From assembly GCA_009903405.1 (NCBI GenBank), contig PRCZ01000002.1, forward strand, positions 912 to 64,911: 64,000 nt of DNA, given 5' to 3'. The notes beneath the pieces are model-generated. The model made no database searches. It was given only the letters and a program-made list of their open reading frames with translations, and had not been told where the DNA came from. A program made the translations under genes and the position numbers. Source of the DNA: Candidatus Methanophaga sp. AG-394-G06. Its GTDB lineage: Archaea > Halobacteriota > Syntropharchaeia > Alkanophagales > Methanospirareceae. Below, piece after piece: positions 56,041 through 64,000 of the stretch; position 1 is the stretch's first letter; the number at the start of each line of letters is the position of its first letter.

Positions 56041-56946
56041 TCACGCGAATTTAGCAACAAGTTCGCCCCTTCTCACTCCTATATCATCCGCTATTGGTTC
56101 GCATTTCGCTCTGAAGAGGTATATTAACCGGCCGTTCAGATCTAACTTCGATTCAAACTCGGATATTGATTCGTAGTTCCCCATCCCCTTCGCTATCACC
56201 AGATACCTATCATCGCTGAACACGTCCATGAACTCCCCCTCCGCTTCTTCTAATGATACACCTATGTATGCGCCACTCGGAATTATCTTACACCCCGCTT
56301 CGGAAGAAGAGATACCCGCTTCCTTTAGATCTTCTATCGTTGCATCGTTTATAACAGGTGCGCTCTTCGGCGACACAATCACCTCTTTACCCATTTTTAT
56401 CAACTCCCTTATCACAAACACATCGAAAAATACCTCGCCTGCATTGTCCGTTAGATATATCAACCGCTCTCGGCTATTTATCGCGGCTAAAATCACGCTC
56501 CTATCCCAATTAAGTTTCTCGTTTAAAGTCCGCAAGAAATCACGTCTAAAAATTTCATCGCTGTATGAATACCCTTTTACGCCATATTCCATTGAATTCG
56601 CCGCTGCCGCTATCCGTATCAACGCTTCTAGTTTATCTCTTGCCGCATTGTAAAAGGTATACGCTTCTAAAAGCAACCCTTTTGCTACTTTGTTACTTCG
56701 CCGTTTTACCAATTCGTGAGGATCTTCCGCGCCACTTCGCCTCTTTAATATTCTCTCCCTCTCGGTGCCAAAAAAAACAGGCGCGTTCAGTTCACCTTCG
56801 AGATGTTCAAAAAGGAAAGCAATAAAATCCCTCAGCACAAGTATCTTTTCTTTATCATCCTCAAATAGAATATCACACTCATATTTCGTCCTTTCTACCA
56901 AGCAAGGGATACAGTCGGATTTAAGCTTCATTTCCTGTTTGTTCAA
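56041..56946 (-). CDS. DUF89/ARMT1-like metal-dependent phosphatase
   Basis: The N-terminal CIPCLV, the DNAGE motif and the KGMGNYE motif are present. Confidence 0.6.
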   Translation of the reverse strand: MNKQEMKLKSDCIPCLVERTKYECDILFEDDKEKILVLRDFIAFLFEHLEGELNAPVFFGTERERILKRRSGAEDPHELVKRRSNKVAKGLLLEAYTFYNAARDKLEALIRIAAAANSMEYGVKGYSYSDEIFRRDFLRTLNEKLNWDRSVILAAINSRERLIYLTDNAGEVFFDVFVIRELIKMGKEVIVSPKSAPVINDATIEDLKEAGISSSEAGCKIIPSGAYIGVSLEEAEGEFMDVFSDDRYLVIAKGMGNYESISEFESKLDLNGRLIYLFRAKCEPIADDIGVRRGELVAKFA

Positions 56947-57094
56947 ACTTTAGAATGTGCCATCACAAATTTGAATACCTCATACAATAATAAATAAGAT
57001 AGAAATAAACATTTAAGCTATAGTAAAAGAGGATAAAAGAGAGGTAGCTTATAGGTTACAGATTAGAAGAAGAAGAAGGAGGAAAAAGGAAAAG

Positions 57095-58360
57095 ATGGTA
57101 GAGAAAGAGCATATGAATCTGGCAATGATTGGGCATATTGACCACGGCAAGTCAACGCTGTTGGGTCGGTTGCTAACAGAGGCAGGAGCGATAGATCCTC
57201 ATATAATAGAAGAGTACAGGAAAAAGGCAGCAGAGATAGGAAAAGCGACTTTTGAATATGCCTGGGTGATGGATACTTTGGCGGATGAAAGGGAGAGGGG
57301 AATAACAATAGATGTTGCCCACCAAAGGTTTGATACTAACAAGTATTATTATACGATTGTGGATTGCCCTGGACACAGGGATTTCGTAAAGAACATGATC
57401 ACCGGGACATCACAGGCTGATGCAGCGGTGTTGGTAGTAGATGCTAAGGACGGTATAATGGCTCAGACGAAGGAGCACGTATTCTTATCCAGAACTTTGG
57501 GTGTGACTCAGTTGATCATAGCTATAAATAAAATGGACCGTGTTAATTACGATCAGAAGCGCTATGAGGAGTTAAAAAAGGAGCTGCTAGCACTTCTGGG
57601 GTTGGTGGGCTACAAGGAGGAGCACGTCGTCTTTATTCCCGTTTCCGCACTTGATGGTGTGAATATAACAAAGAAAAGTGATAAAGAGTCCTGGTTCGAC
57701 GGGCCTACGCTTTTAGAAGCGTTAGACCTTATGAAAGTGCCGGATAAGCCAGTTAATCTTCCGCTTAGAATACCCGTGCAAGATGTATATACAATAACCG
57801 GTGTAGGGACCGTGCCTGTAGGGCGAGTGGAGACAGGGAAGATGAAGAAAGGAGACACCGTGATTTTCAACCCTCCTGCTGTGAAAGGAGAGGTGAAAAC
57901 AATAGAGATGCACCATGAGGAGATCGAAGAAGCTATCCCCGGTGATAACATCGGCTGGAATGTTCGTGGAATAAGCAGGACAGAGATAAGGCGAGGTGAT
58001 GTTTGTGGGCCTGTGGATAACCCGCCAACGATTGTTGATGAGTTCACGGCACAGATAGTTGTACTCCAGCATCCAAGTGCAATTACCGCTGGATATACCC
58101 CGGTTTTCCATACCCACACTGCGCAGGTCGCTGCTACGATACTGGAAATTACTAAGAAGATGGACCCTAAGACAGGAGCGACAGTGGAAGAAAACCCGGA
58201 CTTTATAAAAGCGGGCGATGCCGCTATCATAAAAGTAAAACCGACAAGACCTTTAGTCATCGAGCGTGTAAAGGAGATACCACAGCTCGGCCGGTTTGCA
58301 GTCCGGGACATGGGGCAAACAGTTGCTGCTGGTATGGTAATAGACCTAAAGGAGAAATAA
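57095..58360 (+). CDS. tuf: Translation elongation factor EF-1 alpha
   Basis: The sequences [17 protein letters not shown] and NKMD are present. The protein is 421 aa. Confidence 0.95.
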   Translation: MVEKEHMNLAMIGHIDHGKSTLLGRLLTEAGAIDPHIIEEYRKKAAEIGKATFEYAWVMDTLADERERGITIDVAHQRFDTNKYYYTIVDCPGHRDFVKNMITGTSQADAAVLVVDAKDGIMAQTKEHVFLSRTLGVTQLIIAINKMDRVNYDQKRYEELKKELLALLGLVGYKEEHVVFIPVSALDGVNITKKSDKESWFDGPTLLEALDLMKVPDKPVNLPLRIPVQDVYTITGVGTVPVGRVETGKMKKGDTVIFNPPAVKGEVKTIEMHHEEIEEAIPGDNIGWNVRGISRTEIRRGDVCGPVDNPPTIVDEFTAQIVVLQHPSAITAGYTPVFHTHTAQVAATILEITKKMDPKTGATVEENPDFIKAGDAAIIKVKPTRPLVIERVKEIPQLGRFAVRDMGQTVAAGMVIDLKEK

Positions 58361-58388
58361 AGCAAGGCTAGCAGGAAGAGGGAACGAA

Positions 58389-58700
58389 ATGCATCAAAAA
58401 GCACGGATAAAACTATCGAGTATAGACCATATGAAATTGGATGAGATATGCCATCAAGTAAAAAAGATCGTTGAGACCACTGGTGTTAGAATGTCAGGCC
58501 CCATTCCTCTTCCCACAAAGAAGCTGATGGTTCCGTGTAGAAAAAGCCCGGATGGTGAAGGGTCCCCTACATGGGATCATTGGGAAATGCGCATACATAA
58601 GCGGCTGATAGACCTAGAAGCCGATGAGAGAGCTCTGCGGCAACTTATGCGCATACCCATACCCAAAGATGTCCATATAGAGATCGTATTGAAAGGCTAA
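58389..58700 (+). CDS. rps10: 30S ribosomal protein S10
   Basis: The protein is 103 aa and lies immediately downstream of tuf, as in the archaeal str-like cluster. Confidence 0.9.
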   Translation: MHQKARIKLSSIDHMKLDEICHQVKKIVETTGVRMSGPIPLPTKKLMVPCRKSPDGEGSPTWDHWEMRIHKRLIDLEADERALRQLMRIPIPKDVHIEIVLKG

Positions 58701-58771
58701 AAATAGAAAGATATAAATGCTGGCAGTATCATATCTTGCATTTATAACATAAATGGAGGTAGTAATGTAAA

Positions 58772-58996
58772 ATGGGCGTAGTACCAGAAGAGGAAATAAA
58801 GGAGAAGGATGAAGAAATAGCTGCATTGGTAAAGGATATAGGCGATTTAGTAACTGAATTTAAAAGTGCAGCGGAAGAGGATCAGAGGACAGACCTGATA
58901 AATAAAATAACGGAAAAGGAGAAGGACTTGCGTGCCGTAAGACAGAAAAAAGGACAATTTAAAGCAGTGCTAGCTAAACCCACAAAACTCTGGTAA
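58772..58996 (+). CDS. Hypothetical small acidic protein
   Basis: This is a 74-aa ORF with no recognised motif. Confidence 0.35.
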   Translation: MGVVPEEEIKEKDEEIAALVKDIGDLVTEFKSAAEEDQRTDLINKITEKEKDLRAVRQKKGQFKAVLAKPTKLW

Positions 58997-59064
58997 ATTC
59001 ATTCTTAACTCTCTTAAACAAAACAAAAAGAAGAAAAAAAATATTTTTTCTTTTCTATTTTATA

Positions 59065-59955
59065 TTATTTTAGTAATTTCTCTGGCATTGTTGTTGTTTG
59101 CGCGTCCAATCCCACTTCTTTTTCACTGAGTCCCATTGCGAGCCCGAGGAACTGCGTGGCGAATAGTATGGGGAAATCAAAGGATGTGCCGAAAGCCTTG
59201 TTCATCTCCGCTTGACCTCTGTCAAGCTGCAAATGGCAGAAAGCACAGGGATGAACCATACAATCACAGCCTACTTCCATCGCACTCACCAGCTTCTGAC
59301 GCATCCATTCCAGAGATTGAACAGAGTCAGCAGTTCGGTTTCCGCCACCAGCGCCACAGCACATCAATTTATCCTTATAATCTACGTCTTTTGCACCGGT
59401 TACCTTTACAAGATCCTCCAGGATATAGGGTGTTTCCGAAGACCCGTGTCCACGCACCTCTCGTGGTTTGAGGAAATGGCAGCCGTAATGCACCGCTACA
59501 TTCACATCGTTCATCGGTTTCGTTATACGCTCCTTTAGCTTCTCCAAACCAATAAAGTCGTGAAGAACCACAATTGAATGGTTCACCTTTGTAGTGCCTT
59601 TGTATTCCCTGCCAAATTTACCTAATATCTTATTGGTCTTCTCTTTTAACTTTGGATTCTCCCGCAGTAAATGGTCTGCTTCCTGAAGTGACCCGTAACA
59701 GCCATTACACGTTACATATATTTCGAGATCCATCTCTTCCGCAATAGCGAGATTACGCGCTGCGACAGGAAGCCACGTATGCATGTCAAAAGAGCCAAAG
59801 ACTCCCGGCGCTGGACAGCACGAAGCACCCACCATCTCCTTCGTCTCTATCCCAAACTCCGTAAATATCTTCTTCGTTGCTGCTTCTATCCCCGGATACC
59901 TGTTCGGCGTGATACAACCGAGGAAATAAGCATATTCCGTTGGATGTTCCGTCAT
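59065..59955 (-). CDS. hdrB: CoB-CoM heterodisulfide reductase subunit B-like (two CCG domains)
   Basis: The motifs ASCCPAPG and MCCGAGGG, plus further Cys clusters, are present. The protein is 296 aa. Confidence 0.8.
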   Translation of the reverse strand: MTEHPTEYAYFLGCITPNRYPGIEAATKKIFTEFGIETKEMVGASCCPAPGVFGSFDMHTWLPVAARNLAIAEEMDLEIYVTCNGCYGSLQEADHLLRENPKLKEKTNKILGKFGREYKGTTKVNHSIVVLHDFIGLEKLKERITKPMNDVNVAVHYGCHFLKPREVRGHGSSETPYILEDLVKVTGAKDVDYKDKLMCCGAGGGNRTADSVQSLEWMRQKLVSAMEVGCDCMVHPCAFCHLQLDRGQAEMNKAFGTSFDFPILFATQFLGLAMGLSEKEVGLDAQTTTMPEKLLK

Positions 59956-60515
59956 TTCTTACCCCCTTTATCCATCCCTTTTAAGTTCATCGTGTCCCAA
60001 TCAAAATCAATCATCGCGTCATAGCCCGTCGTCTTGAATATTGTCTGCACCTGCTCCAGTTGGTCTTTGTTTTGAGGATGTTGCGCAGTCGGCGGCTGCG
60101 ACTCGAGACCTACCGCTTCCCTCAGTTCCATCTGAGCAGGACCGATCGGCACTGCATGACCTGTTTTCATCACATAAACGCCAATCATCCTGTGTGGAAC
60201 AGACATGTGCCCTTCCTTCGCCGCCAAGTTCCTTATCGTTCTTATTATATCTGTCACTTTTACACCCTTTGGACATCTTTCATAACAGGTGTAACAAGTT
60301 GAGCAGAACCACAATTCGGGGGCGTTAAAAATCTCCTCACGCATATCCACCAGAGCCATCTGCATTAGCTTTCTCGTCCTGAAGGCCGTGTTCCTCCCAG
60401 AGGGACAGCCGCCAGTACACTTACCGCATTGCACGCACTCCCTGAGCGTTTCTAAATGCTCCTTGCCAAAAACCTCTCCACCATAATCAATTATGTCTTC
60501 ATATAACGTTCCCAT
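59952..60515 (-). CDS. hdrC: Heterodisulfide reductase subunit C-like (2x[4Fe-4S])
   Basis: The clusters are CVQCGKCTGGCP and CSTCYTCYERCP. The gene overlaps the hdrB start by 4 nt. Confidence 0.8.
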   Translation of the reverse strand: MGTLYEDIIDYGGEVFGKEHLETLRECVQCGKCTGGCPSGRNTAFRTRKLMQMALVDMREEIFNAPELWFCSTCYTCYERCPKGVKVTDIIRTIRNLAAKEGHMSVPHRMIGVYVMKTGHAVPIGPAQMELREAVGLESQPPTAQHPQNKDQLEQVQTIFKTTGYDAMIDFDWDTMNLKGMDKGGKK

Positions 60516-60608
60516 TTGAGTATTCCTCCTTACATATTATTTACTAATCTTCCTTTTTATATGGGTTTGAGTTATCATTATAAATAATTTGCGCTTTTTT
60601 CATGATTT

Positions 60609-60931
60609 TTACACTTGCACTATCTTCGCCTCATCCTTCTCTAAATCGAGTATGGCAAACGTACTCCTTCTCGTGAGGCGCCCGCAGCATTCTCCGGGAT
60701 TTATCATCAACGCTTTATCCTCTTTCTTCTCTATCTCCGCTTTATGTGTATGCCCATATATCACCACATCATAAGCGCCCGATACCGCCAACGCCCCCAC
60801 TATCTTTGGTTTATGCGTCATAATTAGCTTCTTCGCGGCGAGTGCAAATACAGAAGGGTCTTTCATATAGCACCCCTACCGCTTTTTCTATTGCTTCGAG
60901 ATTATCATGCGTATCTGCGATTATTCCCAGT
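60609..60931 (-). pseudogene. YfcE/MJ0936-family metallophosphoesterase remnant (frameshift plus an internal deletion of about 70 aa)
   Basis: The N-terminus MKLGIIADTHDNLEAIEKAVGVL is in one frame. The C-terminus YDVVIYGHTHKAEI...LMINPGECCG...AILDLEKDEAKIVQV is in another frame. Only about 30 aa lie between them. Confidence 0.55.
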
Positions 60932-61015
60932 TTCATTCATTCCTCTCCCATCTCTACCATAAATAAGTAATTAAAATTATATTTGTGTAGTAATCTGATT
61001 TTAAAAAATAAGCAG

Positions 61016-62236
61016 ATGGCATACTCATCCATAAAACGAAGCTACACCATCGTTGGCATAGATCCCGGTACCACGATAGGAGTTGCCATGCTCGACCTTG
61101 ACGGGAGACCAATAGACGTATTCAGCTCAAAGAATTATTCGGTCTCCGACGTAGTAGCACGGATAATATCGCTTGGAAAGCCTTTGATAGTCGCTTCTGA
61201 TGTCACACCCACCCCTTCAATGGTAAAAAGGATAAGCAGCATCTTCTCCTCTCTTGTCCCAGAACTAGACGAATCCCTCTCACTGGAGGAGAAGATTGCA
61301 CTGACGAAGGGAGCGGGCTACGGATATAAAAACGCACATGAAAGGGATGCTTTAGCTGCTTCTGTCACTGCATTCAAGCGCTATAGGAAGAAATTCTCGC
61401 AGGTACAGAAGAAGACGCCGGCAGGTGTGGACGTGGAAGAGGTGAAGGCGCAGGTGGTTAAAGGTGTCTCTATAAGTGCAGCAATAGACAAATTAATTAG
61501 TCTGAAATGGGAGAATAAAGAAGTTATAAGAGTGGAGCGGCCAGAAGAGAAAAAGAGCAATGACGAAAGCGAAAATATTCTCAGATTACGCGGAATTATA
61601 AAGGGTAAAGACAAAAAGATAGCGATGCTGGAAGAGCTCACGACCGCTTTAAAGACTGTGGACGCTGAAAAAGAGCTCAAAATAAGTCGTTTGAACCACA
61701 AACTCGATTCTATACGGTCTGAAGGGAGAAGGGAGATGGCAGTAATAGAAGAGATACGGCGGAGAGACAATAAGATAGTGCGGCTGAGAGAGGAATTAAA
61801 AGAACAGGACGAGCTGAATGCTGATTTAAGGACGATCATAGAAGAACGGAAAGGAAAAAGAGGGGTAAAGGGCGGGAAAAGGATAAAGCTGATAAAAGCT
61901 TTCTCTCATGATGCAATATTAGATGCACATCGGCGGTATGGGCTAAAAAAAGGAGACGTCATATTCCTCGAGGACAGTAGTGGGGGCGGGGCAAGCACAG
62001 CGGAACTGTTAGCGAAGAAGGGTATTAGTGCTGTAATATATGGTAAAGAGTTATCGCATTTCGCCACTAATACGTTTCTTGTGTTTCGCATTCCCACTTT
62101 TTCTATTGATGAGATACCTTTACTGCTAAAGGAAGAAAATGGCGATTTCGCCTTTGTGGACCAGCATTTGCTGAACGAGAAGATGAAGGAGTGGAAGGCA
62201 GGAAAGAAGAGAAAAGAGGTGATACTGTTCAGATAG
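61016..62236 (+). CDS. DUF460 family protein (RNase H-like N-terminal domain plus coiled coil)
   Basis: The N-terminus is YTIVGIDPGTTIGVAMLDLDG. The start was set at the internal Met (MAYSS). Confidence 0.6.
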   Translation: MAYSSIKRSYTIVGIDPGTTIGVAMLDLDGRPIDVFSSKNYSVSDVVARIISLGKPLIVASDVTPTPSMVKRISSIFSSLVPELDESLSLEEKIALTKGAGYGYKNAHERDALAASVTAFKRYRKKFSQVQKKTPAGVDVEEVKAQVVKGVSISAAIDKLISLKWENKEVIRVERPEEKKSNDESENILRLRGIIKGKDKKIAMLEELTTALKTVDAEKELKISRLNHKLDSIRSEGRREMAVIEEIRRRDNKIVRLREELKEQDELNADLRTIIEERKGKRGVKGGKRIKLIKAFSHDAILDAHRRYGLKKGDVIFLEDSSGGGASTAELLAKKGISAVIYGKELSHFATNTFLVFRIPTFSIDEIPLLLKEENGDFAFVDQHLLNEKMKEWKAGKKRKEVILFR

Positions 62237-62334
62237 ACCCCTAATGTTTTTTGGTCTTTTACACGATTTTTGACAAAACCAGATCATTATAATAAATAGA
62301 GGTGCATGGTATGTAATAGGTGTGGTGGAAAAGA

Positions 62335-63300
62335 ATGATGATAAGCGTGAATGAATATGGATTGGATGTATTTGAAGAGATGATGGACAACGCGGATGAG
62401 CTGCGGGTGGGCATAGACGAGTTGGCTAACGGGACAACGATAATAGATGCCGGGGTGGAAGAAGAAGGGGGACTAGAAGCAGGGTTATACTTATCTCGGA
62501 TATGCATGGCAGACCTTGCAGATCTCAAATTCAGCAGCTTTGATCTCGGTGAAATGGTCGTGCCTGCGATAGAGATTACTACGGACCATCCGGTAATCGC
62601 CTGTATGGCATCGCAATTTGCGGGATGGCGGATAAGTGTGAATAAATTCTTCGGTATGGGTTCTGGACCCGCAAGAGCACTTTCACTCAATCCGAAAGAG
62701 TTATATAAGAAGATAGGGTATGAAGACGATGCAAGTGAGGCCGTGTTGGTTTTAGAATGTGGCAGTATGCCAGATGAAGAAGTGACGGAAGAAATAGCGA
62801 AGGCATGCAGGGTAGAACCAGAAGACCTTTATATCGTGGTGGCACCGACAGCATCCATTGCGGGCTCTGTACAGATTTCTGCCAGAGGCGTGGAAACAGG
62901 CGTTCACAAGCTCGAGTCTTTAGGTTTTGATATAAACCGCATAGAACACGCTCATGGTATCATACCAATCTCACCTATTGTTGGTGATGATGTGAAGTGC
63001 ATGGGTTCGACCAATGATTGTATCATATACGGTAGTCACATTTATTACGTGATAAAATACGATGATGTGGAAGATTTGAAGGGATACCTGAAGAAAGTGC
63101 CTTCGCAGATCTCAAAGGACTATGGGAAACCGTTCTACACAACATTTAAAAATGCGGGTTTCGACTTCTACAAGGTAGATGCAGCCATGTTTGCACCTGC
63201 GCAGATCACGGTAAATGAACTGAACAGCGGAAAGACATTTACAAGTGGGAAGATAAATAAAGAGGTGTTGCGGGAGTCTTTTGGTATTGAGTCACTATAA
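62335..63300 (+). CDS. mch: Methenyltetrahydromethanopterin cyclohydrolase
   Basis: The N-terminus is MISVNE and the protein is about 320 aa with overall Mch-like sequence character. Confidence 0.75.
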   Translation: MMISVNEYGLDVFEEMMDNADELRVGIDELANGTTIIDAGVEEEGGLEAGLYLSRICMADLADLKFSSFDLGEMVVPAIEITTDHPVIACMASQFAGWRISVNKFFGMGSGPARALSLNPKELYKKIGYEDDASEAVLVLECGSMPDEEVTEEIAKACRVEPEDLYIVVAPTASIAGSVQISARGVETGVHKLESLGFDINRIEHAHGIIPISPIVGDDVKCMGSTNDCIIYGSHIYYVIKYDDVEDLKGYLKKVPSQISKDYGKPFYTTFKNAGFDFYKVDAAMFAPAQITVNELNSGKTFTSGKINKEVLRESFGIESL

Positions 63301-63317
63301 AATAAAATCCCGGCAAT

Positions 63318-63992
63318 TTAGCCCAGTACCCACACAACCTTCCCCCTTTCTTCTTTACTTTTTATCTTACCGTGATATTCCATATTTACTAATACCTCAT
63401 TTAGGAGGTGATATGGCACGTAAAAGTCAAATTCTTCTTTCATAGCAGCTCTTATTTCTTCTATGCTCAGCCCGCCATTAGCAATCACCCGCCCCATTAA
63501 GTCCATCAAATCCTCATGAATGCTCCAGATATATACCACCCATTTCCATTCTTTCATGAGCTCGCCATAGAAATCGGGAATGAAGGAGGAGGAAGTTTTA
63601 TGCTGTAATGTTGCAGTTCTTACCTCTTTTGCGCCCATAGATTTAATATATTCAACAACAAGATTTATGCTGTCACCGGTGTCCGTTATATCATCTGCTA
63701 TTAATACTTGCTTATCCTTTAGTTTCGCCTGTGCCGCATCGTCAAGCCCATATTTCAGTTCCGCGGTACCGGTAATTGTGGCCGTTACACCCCAGTGTTC
63801 CATCTTCAAGCTGAGCAGATCCTTAAGCAAGAAGAAATCGCAAAGTACACGAGCTAAGTACCAGCCACCCCTTGCCACGCCAACTATAACCTCCGGCTTG
63901 AATCCCGCTTCCTTTATCTCGTCTCTTACATCCTTGCAAAGATCATACGCATAGTTCCAGTCAACCAGAATACAGCTAAATTTGTCTTGCAT
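63318..63992 (-). CDS. Type I phosphoribosyltransferase (purine PRTase-like) with a C-terminal extension
   Basis: The PRPP-binding motif is VLIADDITDTGDSI. Confidence 0.75.
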   Translation of the reverse strand: MQDKFSCILVDWNYAYDLCKDVRDEIKEAGFKPEVIVGVARGGWYLARVLCDFFLLKDLLSLKMEHWGVTATITGTAELKYGLDDAAQAKLKDKQVLIADDITDTGDSINLVVEYIKSMGAKEVRTATLQHKTSSSFIPDFYGELMKEWKWVVYIWSIHEDLMDLMGRVIANGGLSIEEIRAAMKEEFDFYVPYHLLNEVLVNMEYHGKIKSKEERGKVVWVLG

Positions 63993-64000
63993 CTATATAT

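Overview
This 64-kb window reads as a euryarchaeal chromosome segment, most likely from a Methanosarcinales or ANME-like lineage; the features supporting this are given at the end of this summary, and the assignment is inference. Coding density is high on both strands. Most of the window is a housekeeping backbone. Embedded at about 39.1-54.8 kb is an accessory locus that I consider the most interesting part of the window. It is a metallocluster-handling neighbourhood containing three NifX/NafY-family domain proteins, two MinD-family ATPases with ferredoxin inserts, an Mrp/ApbC ATPase, an IscU-like scaffold with a polybasic tail, a ferredoxin, a DUF134 DNA-binding protein, two radical SAM enzymes and a corrinoid adenosyltransferase. 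Combined with these are three unusual sequence features. First, a roughly 1.5-kb segmental duplication (39579-41100 versus 52980-54335) encodes NifX-domain proteins fused to a Met/Gly/Arg-rich linker (a GRGGGRGQG box) and a C-terminal coiled-coil tail, 67-aa RGG-plus-zinc-ribbon miniproteins, and 105-aa aromatic/Gly-rich proteins carrying the same tail; a 303-bp core is 100% identical between the copies. Second, a C-terminal amphipathic motif (KEEEIE..L...LE.IKKRLEELRK) is shared by three unrelated protein types. Third, a perfect 14-bp palindrome, TGAATATATATTCA, lies upstream of both paralogous operons and of the DUF134 regulator gene, which makes it a candidate operator. The locus is flanked by and interspersed with mobile-element debris: a decayed IS200-like tnpA, an element of about 480 bp bounded by inverted repeats, and a membrane gene with an in-frame TGA. 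Elsewhere there are several decayed genes (trxB, a KaiC-like ATPase, receiver-domain fragments, a YfcE-like phosphoesterase, a frameshifted hybrid histidine kinase) and two families of short intergenic repeats. Two tRNA genes were identified by eye. No CRISPR array was found. The backbone genes are TFB, RNase HII, aIF-1A/Rio1, L21e, S10, EF-1alpha, PheT, SepRS, a class II-like HMG-CoA reductase, dUTPase/ThyX, NadC/NadX, CheA/CheR, FwdB, Mch, HdrBC and MetF/MetV. The lineage guess rests on SepRS, PGF-CTERM sorting signals, Mch, FwdB, HdrBC, MetF/MetV and CheA/CheR.
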